Assembly (NCBI GenBank): GCA_965202585.1
Contig: OZ241832.1
Location: 46,996,001-47,060,000, forward strand
Origin: Thalia democratica
Lineage: Eukaryota
Length of the DNA: 64,000 nt
Reading direction: 5' to 3'
The notes under the pieces are model-generated. The model saw nothing but the letters and a program-made list of their open reading frames with translations. It searched no databases and had not been told where the DNA came from. The position numbers and the translations under genes are program-made. Shown one piece after another: positions 1 to 11,300 of this stretch; positions within the stretch are counted from its first letter, which is position 1, and every line of letters begins with the position of its first letter.

Positions 1-3000
1 CAATGAGCTTTAACTTTTTAAATGTGTTCTTCTTAACATTTTGAATGCGATTGAAACCGTGGAACACGTTTTTGAAAGTACAAAAATGGAAGTAAAAGTT
101 CAAAACAAAAATAACAAGTGTGATTTTTTAGTACAGTTAATTATTCCTTCTTACAAAGCTAACATAAACTTAGCTTGTTTAGATATATTGTCAAGTTAAA
201 ACGCCACCATATGAAACAAGTCAATTCATTAGCTGAAACATGGTACAAAAGAAAAAAAGTAACAGCTTGTACCACTTGTTTCATATATTTTAAGGTAAAA
301 ACTAGATATGATACAACTTGATGACCTAAAACAACTATAATGCTTTAGTTTAGTTTATATTTGCCTTAAATCTAAAGTAATCAGGACAACCAATTGATTT
401 AACCAGCTACTAGAGTCTCTAAACTGTGTCAACCAAGCCTTAATAAAACGACAAAATGTACAAACTTTAATCTACATTGTGTTGGTGGGTTAAAAGTTAG
501 TATATTTGGATAATACAGTTTACTTATGAGTGATAATATCCCTGTTTTACCAGTTAGTTACACTTACTATAGTTTTTTTTTTACTTTTACTTGATGAAAC
601 TCTTTTTGAGAAAGAGCTAGTTATGTTTTGAAATCATTGCTTAAACTGTGGAATAATATTTAGTATCTAAGTGTTAGGTAAAAATTTCCATAGGCATTTT
701 CTTGTTTAAACAAAACTTGTTTTGATTCATTCTACTTTGTGGACTTGTTTTTCAAACATTTAAAAAAATTTAATTTTGTTTATTAAAAGAAATAGTGCTA
801 TGTCACTTAAAAGTAAAAATAAAAGTTTGAATGAAAATAATACATTCAATTACAATGAGAGGTATGTAATAATATATACTTACTTGACTCAATTACAGCA
901 ACTAAACTTGGATTTTATTTTCAAAATGTATTAATCTTGTTAATAAGAATGCAACTGAAACCGTTAAAAAATTATTAAAAGTTGTACAATTCATTTATGT
1001 AAAAAACAGCGTTTTTTCAAAACAAACATTCAATTTAAGTATAACAACAATTTAACATACTGTTGAAATATTTGTATTAACCTTAGGATTGTTGTGTTCA
1101 ACTCAAATTGTTAGTGGCTTTATCAAATAAAAACAACTACACATAAAAACATGATACAAAGAAAAAAACTTGTTACCATTTTTTGTATCTCGTTTTTAAA
1201 CTGTACATGAGACAAATAAAAACTACTGTAATCATTCTTTCCATAAGTCTAAAGCTTACGTGCACCACCAATCAGTTATACAAGCTGCTAATGTCTACTA
1301 AACTCACACAATTTCATTCTTAATCCACTTTATGCTTATAAACGATCCAAGAACACCACATCTCACTTTAAATCTATATTTTATCGCTTTCCATTGTTAA
1401 TTAAATAGTTAAGCTTGCTATGATTTCTCCACTTTTACTTTGTTTTTGATGTAACTTCTACGAAGGAAACTAGTGTGAACACTGCTCTAATCCTTAACTC
1501 ATTGCTTAAGGTACTTGAATGCTTAGTGAAAATCTTTAACTAACTTGAACGTGTTTTTCGTGTTCTTTTTCTTGTTATCTCATTTAATCAAGGAACTCAT
1601 TCTTACTCATGCTTACTTTGTGGACTTTTATTCGTTTATCATTCAATAAATATTTGTTTTTTAGTTTATTAAAATAAAGTTATGCTACGTCACTGTAAAA
1701 ACTAGTTATATTTTTTAATGAAAATAATAAAAATAAAACTTCACTGAATTATTAATAGAAAATGTTTTCAACTTTTAACAACAAAAAAAAATGTTAACGT
1801 TCCATAAAAAGTATTGTTCAATTACAATCAAAAACATGCATAGCTATTCAAAATTCATACATGACAATACATAAATGTAAACAACATCGATTGTTCAAAA
1901 GAAACATAATACTATCAACAAGCACACAATTGACCAAAACAAAAACAGCTTAGATAAATGATGAAAGTGTATACCTAAAACTATAATTTTCCAAAGACGA
2001 CATCTATTTATTAGGTTGCTTTACTAGTCAAACATATGAAACAAACCAATTCATTAGCTGAAACATGGTACACAGGAAAAGAAGTAACAGCTTCTTACCA
2101 TTCATTTGTGTTACTTGTTACAACTGTATGTGAGACAACTTGATGATTTAAAACGACTTAAACAGTTTGTCATTAGTTATTTTTGTTATAAATGTAAAGT
2201 CATCAGGACCACCACTTAATTTAACCACTTACTAATGCCCACAAAGCAGTGTAAAACAAGCTCTAACTAAAAGACAAAAATGTACCAAACTTAATGTTCC
2301 TTTTGCTGGTGAAAGCCCAAAAGCAAGGTAAAAGGTCAGTTAGAATATTTGTATAACACACTTTACTTAAAGTTTTACTTTTATGTTTTATTTTTTAGTC
2401 ACTTTGTTGTACTTACAATTGTTTTGGTTCTCTTACATGACATCTTAAACTACTTGTGAGGATGGAGCTAGTTGCAATTAAAAAGCATCGCTTAAGTCTC
2501 TTACGCTACATGTAATTAAACTTTTGCAGAAAGCTTTAACTAACTTGATTTTTGTGTCCATAGGATTTTCTCGTTAAGTTCTTTTTTTAAACAATACTTA
2601 TTCCCACTATGCTTACTTTGTTTACTTCTTTTTGCAATATCTAACAAATACTTAGTTTATCTAAAAAAAAAAATTCTACGTCATCGTAAAAAATATGTTA
2701 TATTTTTAAATGAAAATAATACATTAAATTGTAACAAAATAAGCTTAACTTTTTTTATTATAAAAAAATATATCATCAATAGCTTCTAGAATTTTTTATC
2801 AGTATTTATTGCATGTATTTCAAACTATATAAAACAGTTTAGAGTTGTAAAATATACATGTGTAAACAACAGTAGATGTTCAAGTCAAAATGAAAATTAT
2901 TAAAAAACTTGCGATTACAGTACAACAATCATGAAGTAACACGACCAAAATCTTTTTACAAAACTTAAAACTGTTTTATTGAACTCAAATTGTTCACAGC

Positions 3001-4420
3001 TTTATTTTATCTTGTTTCAGAAAGTTATAACCAAACTTCAACTAAAACACAATTGAAAACATGCATTGCAATTTAAAACTCATAAAAAACATAAGCAAAA
3101 AATAGCATCAACAAGTATACAACTTATTACAACATGAACAAAAAAGAACAATTCGAATCCTTAACTTTAAAAAGCTTGCATTGTTTAGTTGATTTGACAT
3201 TGCTTATAGCTTTATCTAGTTAAAGCATCAACATTTAAATCAAACTAAATCAATTGGTACAAAAGAAGTAACAGGATGTTACCATTTAATTCTATCACTT
3301 TTTTACGGTACATATCACTAATTATCTAAACCACATATAACACAATTTGATAGCTTAAAACGGCATTAACAGTTTTTTTAACTATGCTTTTTTACAAACC
3401 TATGGCAATCTACCTATTTCTTTAACTAGCTTTTAATTTCTACTAAGCAGTTTTAAACTACCATTAACTAAACAAAATATGTGTACAATTTCAACAACTT
3501 TGTGCTGGTAAAAGATCAAAAGTAAGAGTTAGAGCTAGTTGAATGAAACATTTTACTTCTACATAACGTTTTTTAAGCTCCTTATATTGGCTTTTGCAAT
3601 TTTATCTAACCATTTTCAACTACTTTGAGAAAGGAGCTAGTTATGTTTTAAAAGTATTATTTAAATCGTTGAACAAGTTTTATAAATCAGTTATAATTGA
3701 ATGTTTCATAAAAAGCTTCAACTAACTTCAGTGTGTTGTCCGTAGGCTTTTTCTTAAAAACTTCTTTATTTACACTAAACTTATTCTCATATACGCTTAC
3801 TTTATATACTTGTTTTTTTTTTCATTAAATAACTGCTTAGTTTGTTTTTAAAAATTTGTTCTACGTCACTATAAGTAAAAATTATATTTTGAAATGAAAA
3901 TAAAACAGTTAGTTTTTATTTTATACTTTAAATAAACATGGTATTATTATTAAAAATTCTTGATCATTTAATTTAATTAAAAAAGTTTTATTAATCATAT
4001 TTGTTGAAATTAAACTAAAACTTAACATAAAAAACAGTTTCAAAGTTATACAACAAATAAATGTAAACAACTGTGATTGTTCAAAACAAAAAAAAATCAA
4101 AAGCATACAGTTTCAGTACAACTATCATTAAATCTTTCATTTTACAAACCCTAGACTTTTTTTTGAACTTAGTAGCTTATGGATTTTTCAAATAAAAACA
4201 TCGATGCATAAAAATACTAACAGCTGAAACGTTATGCAAAGGAAAAGAAGTATACAGCTTTGTAACTCAATTGAACACTATGTATGACACAACTTGATGA
4301 CTCAAAACTGCTGTAACTGTTTGTTTTAAGTTATGTTTTTTAAAAGTAAGATAAGTTTAAGATAAACGAAAAATGTATATGATCGGTATGAATCATTGGT
4401 CCAACATACAACAGCTCAAA
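1..4420 (+). repeat. Spacer made of ~5 diverged 0.9-1.2-kb subrepeats (present in every unit)
   Basis: Recurring ordered motifs: AGCTGAAACATGGTACA-like at ~231, ~1146, ~2056, ~3256, ~4222; ACAACTTGATGA-like; GAGCTAGTT; CTTACTTTG; TAYGTCAY at 799, 1686, 2677, 3862 followed by AATGAAAATAA. Confidence 0.8.
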
Positions 4421-4427
4421 AAGAAAA

Positions 4428-4537
4428 GCCTACGGCACGCGGTATTCCCAAGCGGTCACCCATCTAAGTACTAAGACACTGCTTAACTTCCCAGATCGGA
4501 CGAGATGGGGTGCGTTCAGTGTGGTATGGTCGTAGGC
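4428..4537 (-). rRNA. 5S: 5S rRNA gene with 8-nt internal deletion (110 nt; probable pseudogene or variant), unit 1
   Basis: Reverse complement GCCTACGACCATACCACACTGAACGCACCCCATCTCGTCCGATCTGGGAAGTTAAGCAGTGTC-TTAGTACTTAGATGGGTGACCGCTTGGGAATACCGCGTGCCGTAGGC aligns to canonical metazoan 5S, followed by Pol III terminator TTTTCTTTTT; TATAA-like element ~25 bp upstream. Confidence 0.93.
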
Positions 4538-5625
4538 GTCTAGCAGCGAAAAAAAGCGATTATAAACAAATAAGCTGTCTGAAACTTGTAGATTGTTTGC
4601 TTAAGTGTTTCATATGTTTAGAGCCCACTTTGTTCTAACTAATAAAGATAAACTAAGCCTTTCTAGTCTTTACTTTTCACATTTTTTTCTTAGCTTCAAG
4701 CTTCATAAAACTATTCAGCTATTGATTTTTAGTTGTTAGAGTACACAATATCATTACAGTGCAACGACATAGCAACATTATAAGACAGAAATTAACTAGT
4801 ACAACAGTTTAGAAAAGTTATTTCAAATACTTTTAACTGTGAAACTACATTTTTTTTACATAAACTTGTTGGCACTTTTTAAAATAAACCTACTTGCTTT
4901 TAACTTTTGAACGAGTTTTTATATGTACAGCGCGTTTTTGAGAAGGTAAGTGACTAGTATGTGCAAGAACAAACTAAAAACTTAAGTAGTTAAATTGAAT
5001 TAGATGGTTTAATTTAATTTTTAGTACTACCCTTTTTATTATGAGTAAATTTAAGGTATAACTAGTAAAATCACACAAAACGAATACTTGTGCATTTTTC
5101 GGATTTTTTTACAAATCAGCACAGTTTAAAATGTAATCAAGTTAAACATACTTCATGGGTTTTACGGTTAACAAAGCTGGCTGGAAATAAAATAATAAAA
5201 CTTTGCTTAAGCTTGAGATGAAAAAAACACTTAGCCTTGTCTAAAACTTTACTACTTTAAGCTTGCAGCTTAAGAAAACTAAGCCGGGTGTGTAGTAGTA
5301 TAATTTGTTTCATTTGAGGTTTATCTCACTAAATGGAGAGATGTGCTGTAGCATTTAGACTGTTTTTCTGGACCTTTAAAGCTAACCTTTAAAAAAAAAT
5401 TCACTTCTGGATCGGCCTAAGTCTTGTTTCTTTATCACTGGAACATTTTTAACATTAGTAGTAAAGCAACTTTGCTTTTATTAGTATACAGGCTTTAAAC
5501 TCACACGCTAATGCTCGTAACAATCAGTAAAAGGTACCTGAGAAAGCAAAACTGCTTAACAGTCAATTCGTCACAGTCAGTAACTGCTGAAAGTATTGTT
5601 TTGCTTTCTTTAATCAACATACAAA

Positions 5626-6210
5626 ATGTCTACAACAGCAGTAGCAGCACCATCAGCAGCGGCACCGGCCGCAGTTAAGGCCAGGTCTTCCAAAAGACCA
5701 AGCGCCAAGAAGGCAGAACACCCGAGTTACAGGGAAATGATCAGCTCTGCCCTGGGAGCAATGAAAGAACGAAAAGGTACATCCCGCCAGAAGATACAAA
5801 AGTTTATCGCGGAAACCTACAAGCTTGAGCTCTCAGCTTCTAATTCTCACTTGAAGAGAGCACTTACCAGCGGCGTGACCAAGGGTGCTTTTCTCCAGAC
5901 TACTGGAAAAGGCGCTTCTGGCTCGTTCAAGCTTGCTCCAATGCCAGCTGCTGGTCCCAAGAAGAGGACAAAAAAAGTAGCTAAAAAGCCAGCAGTAAAG
6001 AAGACCGCAGCTAAAAAACGAGTGAAGAAGTGTGCTCCCAAGAAGGCAGCAAAAAAACCAGCAGCCAAAAAGCGACCTGCTAAAAAGTGTGCTCCTAAGA
6101 AGGCAGCGTCTAAAAAAGCTGCAAGCAAGAAGAAGAAAGTAACAAAGAAGAAGCCGGCAGCCAAAAAAGCATCTAAGAAGGCAAGTACCAAGAAGAGCTG
6201 CAAGAAATAA
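5626..6210 (+). CDS. H1: Linker histone H1, 194 aa (unit 1)
   Basis: Winged-helix globular domain (HPSYREMI...GKGASGSFKL), Lys/Ala-rich tail, intronless, 3' stem-loop. Confidence 0.97.
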   Translation: MSTTAVAAPSAAAPAAVKARSSKRPSAKKAEHPSYREMISSALGAMKERKGTSRQKIQKFIAETYKLELSASNSHLKRALTSGVTKGAFLQTTGKGASGSFKLAPMPAAGPKKRTKKVAKKPAVKKTAAKKRVKKCAPKKAAKKPAAKKRPAKKCAPKKAASKKAASKKKKVTKKKPAAKKASKKASTKKSCKK

Positions 6211-6227
6211 GTTGTTCTTTTACCCAA

Positions 6228-6243
6228 GGTCCTTTTCAGGACC
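6228..6243 (+). terminator. Histone 3' stem-loop of H1 (repeated in each unit)
   Basis: GGTCCT-TTTC-AGGACC followed by ACTC. Confidence 0.95.
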
Positions 6244-6271
6244 ACTCTATTAAAGTATAAATAAAATTTAA

Positions 6272-6808
<537 letters not shown>

Positions 6809-6823
6809 CAATTGGCTTAAACC

Positions 6824-6839
6824 GGTCCTTTTCAGGACC
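6824..6839 (+). terminator. Histone 3' stem-loop of H3
   Basis: GGTCCT-TTTC-AGGACC followed by ACC; purine-rich GAAAATGAGA downstream (candidate U7 HDE). Confidence 0.95.
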
Positions 6840-6908
6840 ACCTTTAAACTTTGAAAATGAGACAACAACCAAACGAAAGAATGTAAATAAAAGATGTTTC
6901 TTTTTGGT

Positions 6909-7305
<397 letters not shown>

Positions 7306-7320
7306 ACAATTAGCGAACCC

Positions 7321-7336
7321 GGTCCTTTTTAGGACC
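7321..7336 (+). terminator. Histone 3' stem-loop of H4
   Basis: GGTCCT-TTTT-AGGACC followed by ACC. Confidence 0.95.
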
Positions 7337-7393
7337 ACCTATATCAATAAAATGTATTTTGGCAAACATTGACAAATTAAAGTAGCAGCTACG

Positions 7394-7444
7394 ATTTATG
7401 CAAATTAGCTTTTCGTTCGTCGCGGTTAGGTTTGAGTTGTATAT
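7394..7444 (+). promoter_or_regulatory. H2A promoter: extended octamer ATTTATGCAAATTAGC (7394-7409), weak TATAT (7440-7444)
   Basis: Exact motif match. Confidence 0.7.
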
Positions 7445-7486
7445 GCAGCTGTGCAAGTAACATTGCACAATCATTCGAACAACAAA

Positions 7487-7867
7487 ATGTCGGGACGTGG
7501 TAAAGGATCGAAACTCAAATCTAAGCCGAAGAGCAGGTCTTCTCGTGCAGGACTGCAGTTTCCAGTCGGTCGCGTGCACCGTCTGTTGCGCACTGGCAAC
7601 TACAGCCAAAGAGTCGGAGCCGGTGCTCCAGTTTATCTGGCTGCCGTTCTCGAGTACTTGAGCGCAGAAGTGCTCGAGCTTGCCGGTAACGCTGCTCGTG
7701 ACAACAAGAAAAGCAGGATCATTCCTCGCCATTTGCAACTAGCTATCCGCAACGACGAAGAGTTGAACAAACTTCTCGGAGGCGTCACTATTGCTCAAGG
7801 TGGTGTTCTTCCAAACATCCAGGCAGTATTATTGCCTAAGAAGACCGCTTCAAAAAAGTCCGCCTAA
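7487..7867 (+). CDS. H2A: Histone H2A, 126 aa (unit 1)
   Basis: MSGRGK...[11 protein letters not shown]...[20 protein letters not shown]; ATG at 7487 (ORF-track start 7451 is GTG). Confidence 0.98.
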   Translation: MSGRGKGSKLKSKPKSRSSRAGLQFPVGRVHRLLRTGNYSQRVGAGAPVYLAAVLEYLSAEVLELAGNAARDNKKSRIIPRHLQLAIRNDEELNKLLGGVTIAQGGVLPNIQAVLLPKKTASKKSA

Positions 7868-7881
7868 GTTTAAACAAACCA

Positions 7882-7897
7882 GGTCCTTTTCAGGGCC
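7882..7897 (+). terminator. Histone 3' stem-loop of H2A
   Basis: GGTCCT-TTTC-AGGGCC (one G-U pair) followed by ACC. Confidence 0.93.
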
Positions 7898-7948
7898 ACC
7901 TAAAACATTTACTACAAACGAGAGAAGCGATCGTTCGCGTACGGAACT

Positions 7949-7978
7949 GCTAATTTGCATAAATTTTCAGTATATATA
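7949..7978 (+). promoter_or_regulatory. H2B promoter: reverse extended octamer GCTAATTTGCATAAAT (7949-7964), TATATATA (7971-7978)
   Basis: ATTTGCAT immediately upstream of TATA, the classic H2B promoter arrangement. Confidence 0.85.
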
Positions 7979-8009
7979 CCAGCGCTGAGACTCAAGTTCA
8001 CACATCATT

Positions 8010-8369
8010 ATGACAGCTACCAAAGGCGCGAAGAAATCAGTAGCCAAGACCACCCCGGTCGACGGCAAGAGGAAGCGAAGGAGGAGGCACAAACAAAGTT
8101 TTGGCATTTACGTGTACAAAGTTTTGAAGCAAGTGCACCCCGACACCGGAATCTCCAGCAAGGCGATGGGAATCATGAACTCATTTGTCAACGACATCTT
8201 CGAGCGCATTGCAGCAGAGGCTTCACGTTTGGCTCATTACAACAAGAGGTCAACTGTGAGCAGCCGCGAAATTCAAACTGCTGTCAGGCTCTTGCTCCCC
8301 GGCGAGTTGTCAAAGCACGCAGTTTCAGAAGGAACTAAAGCTGTTACCAAATACACCAGCTCAAAATAA
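8010..8369 (+). CDS. H2B: Histone H2B, 119 aa (unit 1)
   Basis: [18 protein letters not shown]...AVTKYTSSK. Confidence 0.98.
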   Translation: MTATKGAKKSVAKTTPVDGKRKRRRRHKQSFGIYVYKVLKQVHPDTGISSKAMGIMNSFVNDIFERIAAEASRLAHYNKRSTVSSREIQTAVRLLLPGELSKHAVSEGTKAVTKYTSSK

Positions 8370-8382
8370 ATGCTCAACAACC

Positions 8383-8398
8383 GGTCCTTTTTAGGACC
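8383..8398 (+). terminator. Histone 3' stem-loop of H2B
   Basis: GGTCCT-TTTT-AGGACC followed by ACCA. Confidence 0.95.
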
Positions 8399-11300
8399 AC
8401 CATTTGAATAAAACCAGCTATTAGATAACTTAAGTAAAAATTGCCTTTACAGTAATACCAACATATTGATATTTATACAAATTAAAAGCCCATATAAAAA
8501 GACAAACTATTTTGTCCTACTCAACTCTTACGTTATGGAATAAATCTAACATGAAAAAAGTAGTAGTAGTAGTACTGGCAATAAAAATATTTGCAAAAAA
8601 GGTTTAACTAACTTGAATATGTTGTCCGTAAGTTATTTTCTTCTTAACGTTTTTTATACAGAAAACTACATCTTATTCATTTGTTGAACTTCTGTTAAAA
8701 CATTCAGTAAGTAAGTATATTCGTTTTTAAAAAAACTTTATGTTCAACTTATAACAAAAAAAACTTAGTTTTAGTTATCATTTTAAGTTTTTGTTGTTTG
8801 TAAGTAACACAATGAGCTTTAACTTTTTAAATGTGTTCTTCTTAACATTTTGAATGCGATTGAAACCGTGGAACACGTTTTTGAAAGTACAAAAATGGAA
8901 GTAAAAGTTCAAAACAAAAATAACAAGTGTGATTTTTTAGTACAGTTAATTATTCCTTCTTACAAAGCTAACATAAACTTAGCTTGTTTAGATATATTGT
9001 CAAGTTAAAACGCCACCATATGAAACAAGTCAATTCATTAGCTGAAACATGGTACAAAAGAAAAAAAGTAACAGCTTGTACCACTTGTTTCATATATTTT
9101 AAGGTAAAAACTAGATATGATACAACTTGATGACCTAAAACAACTATAATGCTTTAGTTTAGTTTATATTTGCCTTAAATCTAAAGTAATCAGGACAACC
9201 AATTGATTTAACCAGCTACTAGAGTCTCTAAACTGTGTCAACCAAGCCTTAATAAAACGACAAAATGTACAAACTTTAATCTACATTGTGTTGGTGGGTT
9301 AAAAGTTAGTATATTTGGATAATACAGTTTACTTATGAGTGATAATATCCCTGTTTTACCAGTTAGTTACACTTACTATAGTTTTTTTTTTACTTTTACT
9401 TGATGAAACTCTTTTTGAGAAAGAGCTAGTTATGTTTTGAAATCATTGCTTAAACTGTGGAATAATATTTAGTATCTAAGTGTTAGGTAAAAATTTCCAT
9501 AGGCATTTTCTTGTTTAAACAAAACTTGTTTTGATTCATTCTACTTTGTGGACTTGTTTTTCAAACATTTAAAAAAATTTAATTTTGTTTATTAAAAGAA
9601 ATAGTGCTATGTCACTTAAAAGTAAAAATAAAAGTTTGAATGAAAATAATACATTCAATTACAATGAGAGGTATGTAATAATATATACTTACTTGACTCA
9701 ATTACAGCAACTAAACTTGGATTTTATTTTCAAAATGTATTAATCTTGTTAATAAGAATGCAACTGAAACCGTTAAAAAATTATTAAAAGTTGTACAATT
9801 CATTTATGTAAAAAACAGCGTTTTTTCAAAACAAACATTCAATTTAAGTATAACAACAATTTAACATACTGTTGAAATATTTGTATTAACCTTAGGATTG
9901 TTGTGTTCAACTCAAATTGTTAGTGGCTTTATCAAATAAAAACAACTACACATAAAAACATGATACAAAGAAAAAAACTTGTTACCATTTTTTGTATCTC
10001 GTTTTTAAACTGTACATGAGACAAATAAAAACTACTGTAATCATTCTTTCCATAAGTCTAAAGCTTACGTGCACCACCAATCAGTTATACAAGCTGCTAA
10101 TGTCTACTAAACTCACACAATTTCATTCTTAATCCACTTTATGCTTATAAACGATCCAAGAACACCACATCTCACTTTAAATCTATATTTTATCGCTTTC
10201 CATTGTTAATTAAATAGTTAAGCTTGCTATGATTTCTCCACTTTTACTTTGTTTTTGATGTAACTTCTACGAAGGAAACTAGTGTGAACACTGCTCTAAT
10301 CCTTAACTCATTGCTTAAGGTACTTGAATGCTTAGTGAAAATCTTTAACTAACTTGAACGTGTTTTTCGTGTTCTTTTTCTTGTTATCTCATTTAATCAA
10401 GGAACTCATTCTTACTCATGCTTACTTTGTGGACTTTTATTCGTTTATCATTCAATAAATATTTGTTTTTTAGTTTATTAAAATAAAGTTATGCTACGTC
10501 ACTGTAAAAACTAGTTATATTTTTTAATGAAAATAATAAAAATAAAACTTCACTGAATTATTAATAGAAAATGTTTTCAACTTTTAACAACAAAAAAAAA
10601 TGTTAACGTTCCATAAAAAGTATTGTTCAATTACAATCAAAAACATGCATAGCTATTCAAAATTCATACATGACAATACATAAATGTAAACAACATCGAT
10701 TGTTCAAAAGAAACATAATACTATCAACAAGCACACAATTGACCAAAACAAAAACAGCTTAGATAAATGATGAAAGTGTATACCTAAAACTATAATTTTC
10801 CAAAGACGACATCTATTTATTAGGTTGCTTTACTAGTCAAACATATGAAACAAACCAATTCATTAGCTGAAACATGGTACACAGGAAAAGAAGTAACAGC
10901 TTCTTACCATTCATTTGTGTTACTTGTTACAACTGTATGTGAGACAACTTGATGATTTAAAACGACTTAAACAGTTTGTCATTAGTTATTTTTGTTATAA
11001 ATGTAAAGTCATCAGGACCACCACTTAATTTAACCACTTACTAATGCCCACAAAGCAGTGTAAAACAAGCTCTAACTAAAAGACAAAAATGTACCAAACT
11101 TAATGTTCCTTTTGCTGGTGAAAGCCCAAAAGCAAGGTAAAAGGTCAGTTAGAATATTTGTATAACACACTTTACTTAAAGTTTTACTTTTATGTTTTAT
11201 TTTTTAGTCACTTTGTTGTACTTACAATTGTTTTGGTTCTCTTACATGACATCTTAAACTACTTGTGAGGATGGAGCTAGTTGCAATTAAAAAGCATCGC

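Noticed and set aside
3151-3160. ATTCGAATCC resembling a tRNA T-loop/B-box
   Set aside because: First base off-consensus, and no cloverleaf or A-box nearby
3921-4106. 61-72 aa minus-strand spacer ORF repeated in each unit
   Set aside because: Low-complexity F/I/L/K product of AT-rich DNA; its start shifts with a homopolymer indel in unit 4, so no sign of constraint
5295-5340. AATTTGTTTC followed by a hairpin, superficially like a U7 snRNA Sm site
   Set aside because: Does not match AATTTGTCTAG, and the 5' part is not complementary to the downstream elements of the histone genes; U1/U2/tRNA genes known from other histone-5S repeats were also not found
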